A stretch of 64,000 nucleotides of DNA from the NCBI RefSeq assembly GCF_000142905.1, contig NW_013657662.1, positions 372,001 to 436,000 of the forward strand, given 5' to 3'. The DNA comes from Thecamonas trahens ATCC 50062 (Eukaryota; Protista; Apusomonadida). The notes beneath the pieces are model-generated. The model was not told where the DNA came from. It did no database searches and was given only the letters and a program-made list of their open reading frames with translations. The first letter of the stretch is position 1. Each line of letters starts with the position of its first letter. Below are positions 20,169 through 29,935 of this stretch, one piece after another. The translations under genes and the position numbers were made by a program.

Positions 20169-23100
20169 ATGTCTCGTGGGTCCGGTCGCAGAGCCTACAG
20201 TTGCTCCGCCATGGCTGTTGCTCCGGTTGTGGTTGTGCTGATGAGCCTTCTTTTCATTGTCCTCACTGTGCACCATGCTGCAGCAGCAACAGCGGTCTCT
20301 GTCCACGGCGAACCCAACAGCAAGGACAACTATGCGCAAGAGCAGGTCTCTAATGGAGTCATACTTGCTGATCCTGACAACATGGACTTTATCTCCTCTG
20401 CCAATGAGGAGATGGCGGCCGTCAACTACCTCCTTGATGTTGCCGTGACGACGACTACCGGCCGGATCTGGGTTGACCCCGCGACGGCCTCGCTCACCTT
20501 TCACGAATTCACCTCGGGCCACAATGTCATCGTCAACGTGACGTACCTGGTAGTGCCGGACTCGATGAAGGAGCTAGAGTTTGATGCCGCCGCCTGGCAG
20601 GCCGACTACTCGCTCTCACAGGCGCCAAAGGGTACTCACTCATCGTTTATCACGTTTTCCGACACTGCCGGCAGCGAGCTGGTTGTCTCGGGCACCGACG
20701 TGGCGTCGGTCATCGAGCACGCCTGGTTCAACAATGGCTTCCATGCCAACCGTGACATGTTCATCCTCTTCTTCCGCAAGCTTGTCGGTGAGTGCCCGAC
20801 TGGCTCATGTTCCGTTGACTTTTCCGGTGGCGATCCGTTCCTTGACTTTGACTACTACAATGTCTGTCCTGTTGTGGTGCTGACGGGCGGGACCGTAACG
20901 CCTGACACTACCACCGGCGGCCCCTTTAGTCCGGTCGGTAACAAGCTCTTCCTCTCGTGCGGGACCGGGCTCACGCTGTACAATGCCGATGGTGCCGATG
21001 AGGTTCTGTGCCAGTCAGACGGCACATATTTCCCTGGCACCCCGCACTGCGCACCACCGCCACCGCCACCCCCGTCGCCACCGCCACCACCATCGCCACC
21101 GCCACCACCATCGCCACCGCCACCCCCGTCGCCACCGCCACCACCATCGCCACCGCCACCCCCGTCGCCACCGCCACCCCCGTCGCCACCGCCACCCCCA
21201 TCGCCACCGCCACCGCCATCGCCACCGCCACCCCCATCGCCACCGCCACCACCATCGCCACCGCCACCACCATCGCCACCGCCACCGCCATCACCACCGT
21301 CGCCACCATCGCCGCCGCCATCGCCCCCACCGCCCCCCTCCCCTCCGCCACCGAGCCCTTGCCCAGCGCCAGCTTTCCTCGACAGCTGTGGCGTGTGCTC
21401 CGGCCCTGGCACCATCCACGTCGCCGATTCGGACCGCGATGCTTGTGGGGTGTGCTTTGGCGGCAACGCCGATCTAGATGACTGCGGTGTCTGCTTTGGA
21501 GGCAACGCCGCAAAGGACGGCTGCGGGGTGTGCTACGGCAACAACGCGACGTGCGCCGGGTGTGACGGCGTTCCATACTCGGGCAAAGTGCCCGATGTGT
21601 GCGGAGTATGCGGCGGCGACGGCTCGGGCTGCTCGGGCTGCAACTTTATCCCGATTCCGCTCGGCGGCGTGTGGTTTGACGGGTGCGGCGTGTGCGGCGG
21701 GCCGGCCGGCATCTCGACCTGCACCACGCCGTGTATTGCCAACAGTACTGCGGTCTTCGACTGCTATGGAATGTGTAACGGGACGGCATACGTCGACGAC
21801 TGTGGCATGTGCGTCGAGGGCACCACGCCCAACGAGCCCAATTCTTTCAAAGACTCATGTGGCGTGTGTTTTGGCGGCGAGGCCGCCCGCGACGCGTGCG
21901 GCGACTGCAACGGCGGCAATGCGCGCCGGGACGAGTGCGGCATTTGCAGCGGCGGAAACTCGCGGATGGATAGCTGCGGCGTGTGCTTTGGCGGCGAGCG
22001 AAGCAAGGACGTGTGCGGCGTTTGCGGCGGGAACGGATCAACCTGTGTCGGATGTGACTTTGTGCCCAACTCGGGGCTTTTGCTAGATGCCTGCGGTGTG
22101 TGCGGCGGTGCCAATGACTGCCAGCAGCGGGTTGTTCACGAAGCAGCATCCGTCTCCATGCTTGTCATTGGCGGCGCCTCACTCTGCTTCCTTCTCTTTG
22201 TTCTTGTTGTCACCATCACAGGCCTTGCCGTCCGGCGCCGTCGGTCGCGCCGCATCGGCCACATCGAGTCGAAGCGCACGTCGGCGCTTAAGAGTGCACC
22301 GGCAGGCACGGTCGTTGTCTTTATCACTGACGTTGGCTCGTCGACTCGACTGTGGGAGGACATTCCAGAAGCGATGGAGGAGGCGATGGACGTACACGAT
22401 GCCATTATTCAGCAAGTCCTCACCACTCACGGCGCTTACATTGTGCGAACCGAAGGAGACTCGTTTGTCGCGGTCTTCTCGGCGGCAAGTGCCAGCTCAG
22501 CCGTGATAGCGGCCTTGGAAATCCAGAACGAACTGACGGTGGCGGCGTGGCCGCGCGACGTCTTGTGCCACCCTGAGTGCCACACCCAAGTCATGCCGGG
22601 TCAGGATGTTGGTGTCTATGCTCTGCGCCACATCTGGCGCGGGCTTCGCGTCCGCATCGGCCTCCATGCCTGCTGCCCGCATCGCTCGTTTGACGGGCGC
22701 TCGCACCGCGTTGCGTACTCTGGCGCCGCCATGTCGCATGCTGACACGGTTGCGTCTGCCGGCACCCCGGGTCAGATTGTGTGCTCAGCCGAGACGCTGC
22801 CGCTGCTGCCAAGCCCGATGCCGTCGGGTGCAGCGGCGGCCCCGATCGGGCGCGTGGCTGAGAACAACGGGACCGCGCTCTTTGACATGTTCTGCCTCTC
22901 GGCGCCGGACAATCCGACGGCATGGCGGGCCTGTCCACCTCTTCCAGCTCTCGGTTCTTGCGCGCTTCCACACACCAAGTCCATCCTGCTCACGCCGGGC
23001 GACTCGGTCGCCAACTCGATCTCGCAGGCCTCGCTCTCGACTGGCGCCGACACCGAGAATGACACCTGCGGTATGTCCGGGACAAGCTTCGTCGTTGAGC

Positions 23101-23879
23101 CCGACTCGGCGCTGGCATCAGTGGCTGTCTCACGCTCGCCCTCGCCATCGTGCGAAAGCAGGCTGCAGTTGCATCAGCACGCCATGGCCTCGAACGCAAG
23201 CTCTTGCGAGGTGTCTGAAAGCGGCGCGCCGCAGTTGAGGACCAAAGTCACATCGCGGCGCAAGAAGAAGCGCAATCGCATCGTGCGTGAAAGCCAACCG
23301 CCGAGTTTGCACTGCATCCAGCGCAACTTTCATGTATCAATATCCAACTCGAAGTCGACCGACTCACTTGCGCCACCCAGGTTGGAGCAACTAGCGATGC
23401 GGCAGACCATCTCGCACTCGGGCGACCTGCCTGTGCTGCGCACAGAGGTCAATGACCGGATCCGCGAGTCGCTTCGAAACGCCCAACGCAAGGACAACCA
23501 CAAGGCCCGGCGTAGCCGGCGCGTCGTCCGCACCAAGCGCGCTTTGACCCGGTTTAGATCAGTTGACGCCATGTCGTCGCCCAATGGTCTCTTCAACGGC
23601 GCCGAGGCAGACCGCCGTCGCAGGATCGGTCGTAACTCGCTCTCGGTTATTTCCACCTCGGCGTTGAACCGATCTCAATTGTCATCACAGCGGCACTTGA
23701 ACCCTGCAGGAGACGCTGGACTCGACTGTCTGCAGCATCCGCCGCAGCGCTCTCGTCCCACGGCTGATGGCGTCGTCGAGCGTGGTGCGCCTGTCCACAA
23801 ACCGCTCCCTTTCAGCGCGATGCGATCGTCGCCGCATCTCTCACCCTTACCCGAGAGTAGTAATAATAGCAAGCACTAG
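20169..23879 (+). CDS. Receptor-type class III nucleotide cyclase-like protein (signal peptide, SPPPPP stalk, CGVCGG Cys-rich repeats, TM, cyclase domain)
   Basis: FITDVGSSTRLWE, RTEGDSF, GLRVRIGLH, GQIVCS. An alternative start ATG is at 20211. Confidence 0.85.
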   Translation: MSRGSGRRAYSCSAMAVAPVVVVLMSLLFIVLTVHHAAAATAVSVHGEPNSKDNYAQEQVSNGVILADPDNMDFISSANEEMAAVNYLLDVAVTTTTGRIWVDPATASLTFHEFTSGHNVIVNVTYLVVPDSMKELEFDAAAWQADYSLSQAPKGTHSSFITFSDTAGSELVVSGTDVASVIEHAWFNNGFHANRDMFILFFRKLVGECPTGSCSVDFSGGDPFLDFDYYNVCPVVVLTGGTVTPDTTTGGPFSPVGNKLFLSCGTGLTLYNADGADEVLCQSDGTYFPGTPHCAPPPPPPPSPPPPPSPPPPPSPPPPPSPPPPPSPPPPPSPPPPPSPPPPPSPPPPPSPPPPPSPPPPPSPPPPPSPPPPPSPPSPPSPPPSPPPPPSPPPPSPCPAPAFLDSCGVCSGPGTIHVADSDRDACGVCFGGNADLDDCGVCFGGNAAKDGCGVCYGNNATCAGCDGVPYSGKVPDVCGVCGGDGSGCSGCNFIPIPLGGVWFDGCGVCGGPAGISTCTTPCIANSTAVFDCYGMCNGTAYVDDCGMCVEGTTPNEPNSFKDSCGVCFGGEAARDACGDCNGGNARRDECGICSGGNSRMDSCGVCFGGERSKDVCGVCGGNGSTCVGCDFVPNSGLLLDACGVCGGANDCQQRVVHEAASVSMLVIGGASLCFLLFVLVVTITGLAVRRRRSRRIGHIESKRTSALKSAPAGTVVVFITDVGSSTRLWEDIPEAMEEAMDVHDAIIQQVLTTHGAYIVRTEGDSFVAVFSAASASSAVIAALEIQNELTVAAWPRDVLCHPECHTQVMPGQDVGVYALRHIWRGLRVRIGLHACCPHRSFDGRSHRVAYSGAAMSHADTVASAGTPGQIVCSAETLPLLPSPMPSGAAAAPIGRVAENNGTALFDMFCLSAPDNPTAWRACPPLPALGSCALPHTKSILLTPGDSVANSISQASLSTGADTENDTCGMSGTSFVVEPDSALASVAVSRSPSPSCESRLQLHQHAMASNASSCEVSESGAPQLRTKVTSRRKKKRNRIVRESQPPSLHCIQRNFHVSISNSKSTDSLAPPRLEQLAMRQTISHSGDLPVLRTEVNDRIRESLRNAQRKDNHKARRSRRVVRTKRALTRFRSVDAMSSPNGLFNGAEADRRRRIGRNSLSVISTSALNRSQLSSQRHLNPAGDAGLDCLQHPPQRSRPTADGVVERGAPVHKPLPFSAMRSSPHLSPLPESSNNSKH
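21053..21357 (+). repeat. 18-bp coding tandem repeat encoding (SPPPPP)n, extensin-like
   Basis: Units such as TCGCCACCGCCACCACCA. Confidence 0.9.
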
Positions 23880-24028
23880 CTACAGTTGGCATGATGCTGA
23901 CTATGGTTGGCCTTCTATGGTCACGCCATGCTTCAACCCCGCCCCCCCCCCCCCCCCCCCCCCCCTTCTCGCGCGCTGGCTGGTGGCTGGTGCGACCACA
24001 CCACTCCACGCCCAGCCACACGCCCACC

Positions 24029-24994
24029 ATGGTGCTCCTCCACGTCCGCAACGACGTCGAGACGCAGTTTATTGTAGAGACGACAACATCATCGTCGGTT
24101 GATGAGGCCACCCGCCTGGTCATTGAGACCCACAACGCCCGCCTCCGCCTCATGCGCCTTGCTCAGGGTAAGTGGCGCCTTGCCTGCGCGCGCCTTCACG
24201 AAGGCCTCCTCCCCTCCCCCTCTCCCTCCTCTCCTCACCTCCCCACCCTCTCTCGCGTATGCAGCGGTGGATGACCTGGCGGCGTCGGGCCCTGTCGACG
24301 TCGACGCCGAGGCGGCGGCGAGTAGCAGCAAGGGCAAGGACGAGACCGACTCTGACGACGGCGAGGCGGGCGAGACCGACGAGGCCGACGCGGCGGCGGC
24401 GGGAGCGGTCCCGCGGGTCGGCGTCCCGCCGCCCGAGGACATGGCTGAGCTGCTGCGGCGGGCAGCGGCGGATGTGCGCGACGCCATCGCTCCGGGCCTG
24501 GCCGAACGGCGGCAAGTGATGCGGATGGAGGCGCTGGCCGAAGCCGAGGAGCGGGTCAAGGGTTGTGTGGTCCTCGCCTACGGCGACGCCGGCGGCCTGC
24601 CGGAAACCGATCCGGTCCGGCTCATTCTCGACGGCAACGAGGTGCTTGACGGGACGCCGATGGCGCGGATGGTGTTTGACCCGGCCGAGGCTGTGCTGTG
24701 GTGGGCCAAGAAGCAGATGACGCGCGGGACCGACGCCGTGCTCTCGGACTTTATCGGACGAACGAGAAGACCAAGCTGGTGGTCAAGGTTCGCAAGAACA
24801 GCTCGCAGGGCGCGCCACCGCGCGACCCACCCATCTCCGAGGAGGAGCGCAAGAACATGCTTGCGTACTGGTACAAGCGCCAGGAGGAGGAAAAGGCCAT
24901 GGCCGAAGATGACGAGGACTCGTATCTTGCTTCCGAGTGGGCCAACCCGCGTGCGCTCAAGGCTAAGTTTACCGGCGTCAACATCTCGCTGTGA
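24029..24994 (+). CDS. CFAP298: Cilia- and flagella-associated protein 298 (C21orf59); intron 24168-24264, apparent frameshift near 24760
   Basis: MVLLHVR...QF, LWWAKKQM.R...LSDFIG|NEKTKLVVK, GAPPRDPPISEEERKNMLAYWYKRQEE, SYLASEWANP.ALK. Confidence 0.9.
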
Positions 24995-25074
24995 CCGTCT
25001 CGGCTCATATGGCGCGCTCTTGACCGCGCGAGTGCACGTGCCTCGCTGTGAGGCTGCGCGGGCCGTCCACCTCA

Positions 25075-25611
25075 TCATTCCAGCCGCGAGAGCGCAACTC
25101 GGGTGACGAGGCCGTCAAAGGCCGGACCCTTCTCGAGGGCGCCGGCGGCGTCGAGCACGTAGGCCTCTCCCTCGAGGAGCATGCCCGAGTTATCCCACAA
25201 CTCGGCGTGCGAAGCCGCGACAACGTTGCCGTCGTCGTCGACCATGCGCGCCGCAAACGAGTTGAAGAACAGATACGACGCCGTGTCTGGCCGGGCAAAG
25301 GTGCACGTCACGCTTGGCTGACCGTCGGAGCCCGGCTCGCCGACCTCGGCCACCGCCAGCCAGTCCTCGTTCGTCCCGCCCACCGCCGCGTACTCGAACA
25401 CGCACGCCAGCCCCGTCCCACCGCCGACCTCCACTGCCACAAACTCCAGCCGCCCATTAGGCTTGACATTGAACGGCTGCTCGGCCGTCACCGTCCCACC
25501 CATCGCCGTCTCGGCCACCACCGCCAGCACCGCCAGCCACACCGCCGCCCACACCATCACCACTGCCGCCGAGCTACCCACCCCAAACACAGTCCTGCCA
25601 CTGCCACCCAT
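25075..25611 (-). CDS. MYDGF: Myeloid-derived growth factor homolog (UPF0556)
   Basis: Signal peptide; FNVKPNG, CVFEYAAVGGTNEDW and TCTFARPDTASYLFFNSF resemble MYDGF. Confidence 0.8.
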   Translation of the reverse strand: MGGSGRTVFGVGSSAAVVMVWAAVWLAVLAVVAETAMGGTVTAEQPFNVKPNGRLEFVAVEVGGGTGLACVFEYAAVGGTNEDWLAVAEVGEPGSDGQPSVTCTFARPDTASYLFFNSFAARMVDDDGNVVAASHAELWDNSGMLLEGEAYVLDAAGALEKGPAFDGLVTRVALSRLE

Positions 25612-25881
25612 GTTCGTAGATGATATAGACTACCGGTTAACAACAGGCGCGAGGAGTGTCCAGTGTTCAGTGTCTAGTACCCCGACCACTTGGCCCCTCA
25701 ACCTCCAACCTCTGAGCTCAGGTGACTGACCCCTCCCCCCCCCTCCCCCCCCCCCCCCCTCCTCGTCACTCGACCACCGCCTGAAAAACTGTTCCACGTC
25801 TGCTGCAAGCCAACTCCCCCTCCCCCCCTACCCCCCCCCTACCCCACCCACCCCACCCCACTCCCTTACCCACCTCCAACC

Positions 25882-28800
25882 ATGGCTGCGGCGGCCCTGG
25901 CCAGCAAGGCTGCGTCCACCGTGCCGCACTTTCGGTGGCTTGGCTCGGACCACCTTTCCAAGAAGGAGCGTGAGCGCATGGCGCAGCTGTCCTCGCTGTG
26001 GCAGACTACCTTCTCCGACACAATCCCCGTCCCGCCGCTCTTTACTTCCGACGACGGCTTTGAGGTGCTGGACAACGTGTCGGCGTACGAAATGGTCGAA
26101 GGTGTGTCGGATGGCCAGCTGCGCAACGAGTTCCTCCGCGACCACGTCGTGCCGCTCATTGACAAGCTCTCCGAGTATCAGCGCAACAACACCGGCCATC
26201 GCCTCCGCGGCGCCTCGCGCAACTCACCGCGCATCCTTTTCTGCCAGTCCATGAAGGAGTGGCTCATCTCGCTGACGCGCAAGTCGCGCCGCGACATGGA
26301 TCAGGCCTTCCGCGACCAGGTCGCCGGCATGCTCACCTTTGTCGAGTCTGTCTACCGCCTCGAGGTCTTCCCGGATCCCACCATCAAGGATAAGCCGCGC
26401 ATCGAGGTCATCCTCGTCGGCGTCCTCATGCGCGGCCTCCGCCGCGACATCCTCCCGCTCATCGACGAGATGCTTGCCCACCGCTCGACCCTCTCCGAGG
26501 TCGAGAACCTCACCGCCGAAGCTGCCCAGGTCATGGTCCAGGGCATCACCTTTTGCTGCCATGTCTTCCGTACCACGCCCAACGTTGCCGACCGCTGCAC
26601 CATCGAAAACTTCCGTCATCCGCTCACCCCCAACGTCAAGCGCATGGTCTACTCGGCCTCGGGCCTCGTCCTCCGCGAGCTCTTCCGCCAGCCTACCGTC
26701 TCGCTCGCGTGGAACATGACCGATGTCGACAACCCGGGCGCCGGCGAGGAGGGCTCTTCAATCACCGACCTCATCGCCGACGCAGACTTCAACACCTATC
26801 TGTTTGTCGACGAAGACGGCAACGCCGTCATTCCAGACTCGCTCTTGCCCACCTCCAACGACACCGTCGCCGGCTCAGGCCTGCCCGACGCCAAGGCCAA
26901 GGACCTCTCGGTCCCCATTCGCTACTTTCATCAGACAAAGTTCCGCACCTTTGACCGTACCACCTCGTCGGCCGTTGCCGAGGCCGAGGACATCGACGAG
27001 TTCTGGCGTCACGACGATGGTGCCGGCGACGCCGACTGGATCGATGCCCTCGAGGACTCGGACTCGGCCGCAGGCTCCGACTCGGACGCGCCTGGCGCCT
27101 CGCGTGCTCACGACTCGCTTGACTCGGACGATGAGAGCAACTATGCCGTCGGCTCGGACGGCATCCGCTACAAGATGTCGCAAAAGGAAAAGGCCAAGGC
27201 CGAAAAGGCCTCCGCCAAGGCAAAGGCCAAGGCTGACAAGGCCCGCGCCAAGGCCGACAAGGCCGCCGCCAAGGCCGCCGCCAAGGAGGCCAAGGCCCGC
27301 GCCAAGGCCTCCGCCAAGGTTAAGAAGCTCAAAGGCAAGGCTAAGCGCAAGTACATCAACGAGCTCCGCATCGAGGACGAGAAGCGCAAGGCAAAGGTTG
27401 CAAAGGAAGAGGCCAAGGTGACCAAGCTGGAGGAAAAGTCCAAGGCTGCAGAGGTTGCTGCGCTCAAGAAGCAGCTCGACAAGCGCGACAAGGCCGTTGA
27501 GACGGTCCGCGGTAAGCGGACCGGCATCTGCGAGCTCTTCCTCATGCCCAAGAACGAGCTCGCCCTCAACGCCTTTATCAAGCTCCACGGCCTTCTCCAT
27601 CAGCTCTCCGCCATGGTCGTCCTCCTCTCGCAGACTCGCCAGCTCTTCAAGCTTGGCGGCGAGCTGCTCGTGTTTGGCCCGGCCAAGCAACAGTTCCTCT
27701 TTCTCCTCGAGTCGCTCACCTCGGTCTCGACCTCGATCAAGGAGACCATGCGCGTCATCGATGTGACGGCCTCGCGCGAGCTCCTTCTCATTGTCTCGAC
27801 CCGCTCACTTCGCGGCAAGTACCGCTCGTGGCGAAACAACTACGCCATTGCCGTCTCGGCCTACCACGACGTCCGCAAGGCGTTCTCTGTCATGCATGGC
27901 CTCATCAACTCGATCATTCGTCAGGCCGCCGTGCCCTTCAAGGAGCGCCTCATCGAGGCCCGTCGCGAGACCAACCAGTTCATTGCAGACGTCAAGTCGT
28001 TCTGCTCCCGCCTCGACACTCGCCTCCTCGACTTTGACCGCTCATCTAACACCGTTCGTCCGCGTGGCCTCCTTACCTCGATTCCGTCGTATGGCATCTC
28101 GCCCGAGGACTCGGTGCAGGCCCTCATGTCAGCTATCGATCCGGTCGTTTTGCCCTCGTTTGAGGATGCCTCGCCCACCGACGCTGTCCATACCCTCGAC
28201 TTTGCCGGCAAGATGTACTCGGACCGCGAAGTCTCGCTCATCTCCTCGCTCATCAACGCCAAGTCGGCGTCCATGCAGTCCATCTACCTTCAGGGCAACG
28301 CCTTTACCGCCCATGGTAGCACGCCGCTCATCCATGCTCTCGTTCGCTGTCCGGCCATCCGCCACCTCGACATCTCCAAGTTCCGCCTCGCAGCCGACGG
28401 ACCCGGCCGTCTCGCCTCGTGGATCTACGAGTCCAAGTCCCTCCACCGTCTCATTCTCCGCGACGTCAACTTGGACGCCAACGCCACATCGGCCCTCATC
28501 TCGGTCCTCGGCGACCTTGCTCACCTCAAGCACCTCGACCTCTCCGGCAACCAGATCTCACCGGGCGCCATGTCGCTTCTCATCCGCTTCATCGACGACG
28601 ACACGTTCCAGCTCGAAACCCTCGGCCTCGCCCGGACCACCTACCGCTCCGACTACTACGGTTTTGACTCGGAGGTTGTCGACGGCACCCCTGTCGTCGG
28701 CCTCTCCCAGCACAACGAGCCCGACGACGACGACTACGACTCGTACGATTCGGACTCGGACGTGTCCTCTTCAAGCTCGTCATCGTCGGGCACGTCATCG

Positions 28801-29871
28801 TCGAGCTCGTCCTCATCGTCGTCGGGCTCGTCGTCGTCGGGCTCGTCGTCGTCGGGCTCGTCGTCGTCGTCGTCGTCGTCAAGCTCGAGCTCGTCGGCGC
28901 CCAAGCCCAAGAAAAAGGCTGCCGCCAAGGCAACCAAGACCAAGGCCACCAAAGCTGCGGCGGCCAAGTCGGTTGTGGTCCAGAGCACAGGCGCTAGCCG
29001 TCTGCCAGCCGCCGCCCTCGCCGCCGCACCGCGGGGCCAAGTCCGCGGGCTCGCGGGCTCGTCGTCGTCGCGGCAGACTGCGCTCGCCACGCTCTCGCCC
29101 GAGTGGCTTTCGGTGTGGACGAGCTTTGCGCAGATGATGGAGCGGAACATCTCACTGCGGACGCTCATTCTCGACGACAACCTTATTCCGGAGCGCGGGC
29201 TCACCGACCTTTTCACCGCGCTCACCGGCGGCAAGGCAGGCATGCGGCTGACCGGCCTCTCGCTCGAGTCGCTGGAGATTGGGCGGCCCAACTCGCCGCT
29301 GGTCACCAAGCTCGGCTCGGTCCTGCGCCAGTCGACTTCAATCACTGCCCTCAACCTGGCGGCCAACAGCATCACCGACGACGCCTTCCGCATCCTCGCC
29401 ATGGCCATCTCCGACAACTCGGGCTCCAACTTGGCGTACCTCTCGCTTAACGACAACGTGCTCTCGGACGCAGGCATGACCTATCTTGCCACCGCCATCA
29501 CTAACTCGCGCTTTATCTCCATCTCGCTGGAGGACAACCCCATCGGCGACGCAGGCATCAAAGCCCTTGCGCCAGCCGTCGCCGAAAAGTCGTCTATGCG
29601 CTACCTGCATCTCGGCAACAACGGCTTGTCCCGCAAGGGTCACAAGGCCGTCGAGAAGCTCTTCTCCTCGCACCCCACCCTTTCTCGCGACATGGTCTTC
29701 AACACCGATGCAAGTCCCGGCACCACCGCCGTCGCCAAGCGCTCGCGGACCGCCGATCTCGCTGCAGGCGACTCGCGCCGCGGCTCCGAAGTCGTCGCCA
29801 TCGACGAGACCGGCATGGCGCACTCGTCGAACATGCAGCCCGAAGCCGGCCATAACTGCGTCTTGCAGTAA
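25882..29871 (+). CDS. Large RNI-like leucine-rich repeat protein with C-terminal CaaX
   Basis: LRR motifs (LKHLDLSGNQI, LNLAANSITD, LSLNDNVLSD), Lys/Ala coiled coil, Ser-rich tract; ends CVLQ. Confidence 0.8.
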   Translation: MAAAALASKAASTVPHFRWLGSDHLSKKERERMAQLSSLWQTTFSDTIPVPPLFTSDDGFEVLDNVSAYEMVEGVSDGQLRNEFLRDHVVPLIDKLSEYQRNNTGHRLRGASRNSPRILFCQSMKEWLISLTRKSRRDMDQAFRDQVAGMLTFVESVYRLEVFPDPTIKDKPRIEVILVGVLMRGLRRDILPLIDEMLAHRSTLSEVENLTAEAAQVMVQGITFCCHVFRTTPNVADRCTIENFRHPLTPNVKRMVYSASGLVLRELFRQPTVSLAWNMTDVDNPGAGEEGSSITDLIADADFNTYLFVDEDGNAVIPDSLLPTSNDTVAGSGLPDAKAKDLSVPIRYFHQTKFRTFDRTTSSAVAEAEDIDEFWRHDDGAGDADWIDALEDSDSAAGSDSDAPGASRAHDSLDSDDESNYAVGSDGIRYKMSQKEKAKAEKASAKAKAKADKARAKADKAAAKAAAKEAKARAKASAKVKKLKGKAKRKYINELRIEDEKRKAKVAKEEAKVTKLEEKSKAAEVAALKKQLDKRDKAVETVRGKRTGICELFLMPKNELALNAFIKLHGLLHQLSAMVVLLSQTRQLFKLGGELLVFGPAKQQFLFLLESLTSVSTSIKETMRVIDVTASRELLLIVSTRSLRGKYRSWRNNYAIAVSAYHDVRKAFSVMHGLINSIIRQAAVPFKERLIEARRETNQFIADVKSFCSRLDTRLLDFDRSSNTVRPRGLLTSIPSYGISPEDSVQALMSAIDPVVLPSFEDASPTDAVHTLDFAGKMYSDREVSLISSLINAKSASMQSIYLQGNAFTAHGSTPLIHALVRCPAIRHLDISKFRLAADGPGRLASWIYESKSLHRLILRDVNLDANATSALISVLGDLAHLKHLDLSGNQISPGAMSLLIRFIDDDTFQLETLGLARTTYRSDYYGFDSEVVDGTPVVGLSQHNEPDDDDYDSYDSDSDVSSSSSSSSGTSSSSSSSSSSGSSSSGSSSSGSSSSSSSSSSSSSAPKPKKKAAAKATKTKATKAAAAKSVVVQSTGASRLPAAALAAAPRGQVRGLAGSSSSRQTALATLSPEWLSVWTSFAQMMERNISLRTLILDDNLIPERGLTDLFTALTGGKAGMRLTGLSLESLEIGRPNSPLVTKLGSVLRQSTSITALNLAANSITDDAFRILAMAISDNSGSNLAYLSLNDNVLSDAGMTYLATAITNSRFISISLEDNPIGDAGIKALAPAVAEKSSMRYLHLGNNGLSRKGHKAVEKLFSSHPTLSRDMVFNTDASPGTTAVAKRSRTADLAAGDSRRGSEVVAIDETGMAHSSNMQPEAGHNCVLQ

Positions 29872-29935
29872 AAAGAAAGCTTCTCAATCAGGCGCCACGC
29901 AATGGTTATGTTCATTATGCGCTGGCTGCAGCTCC

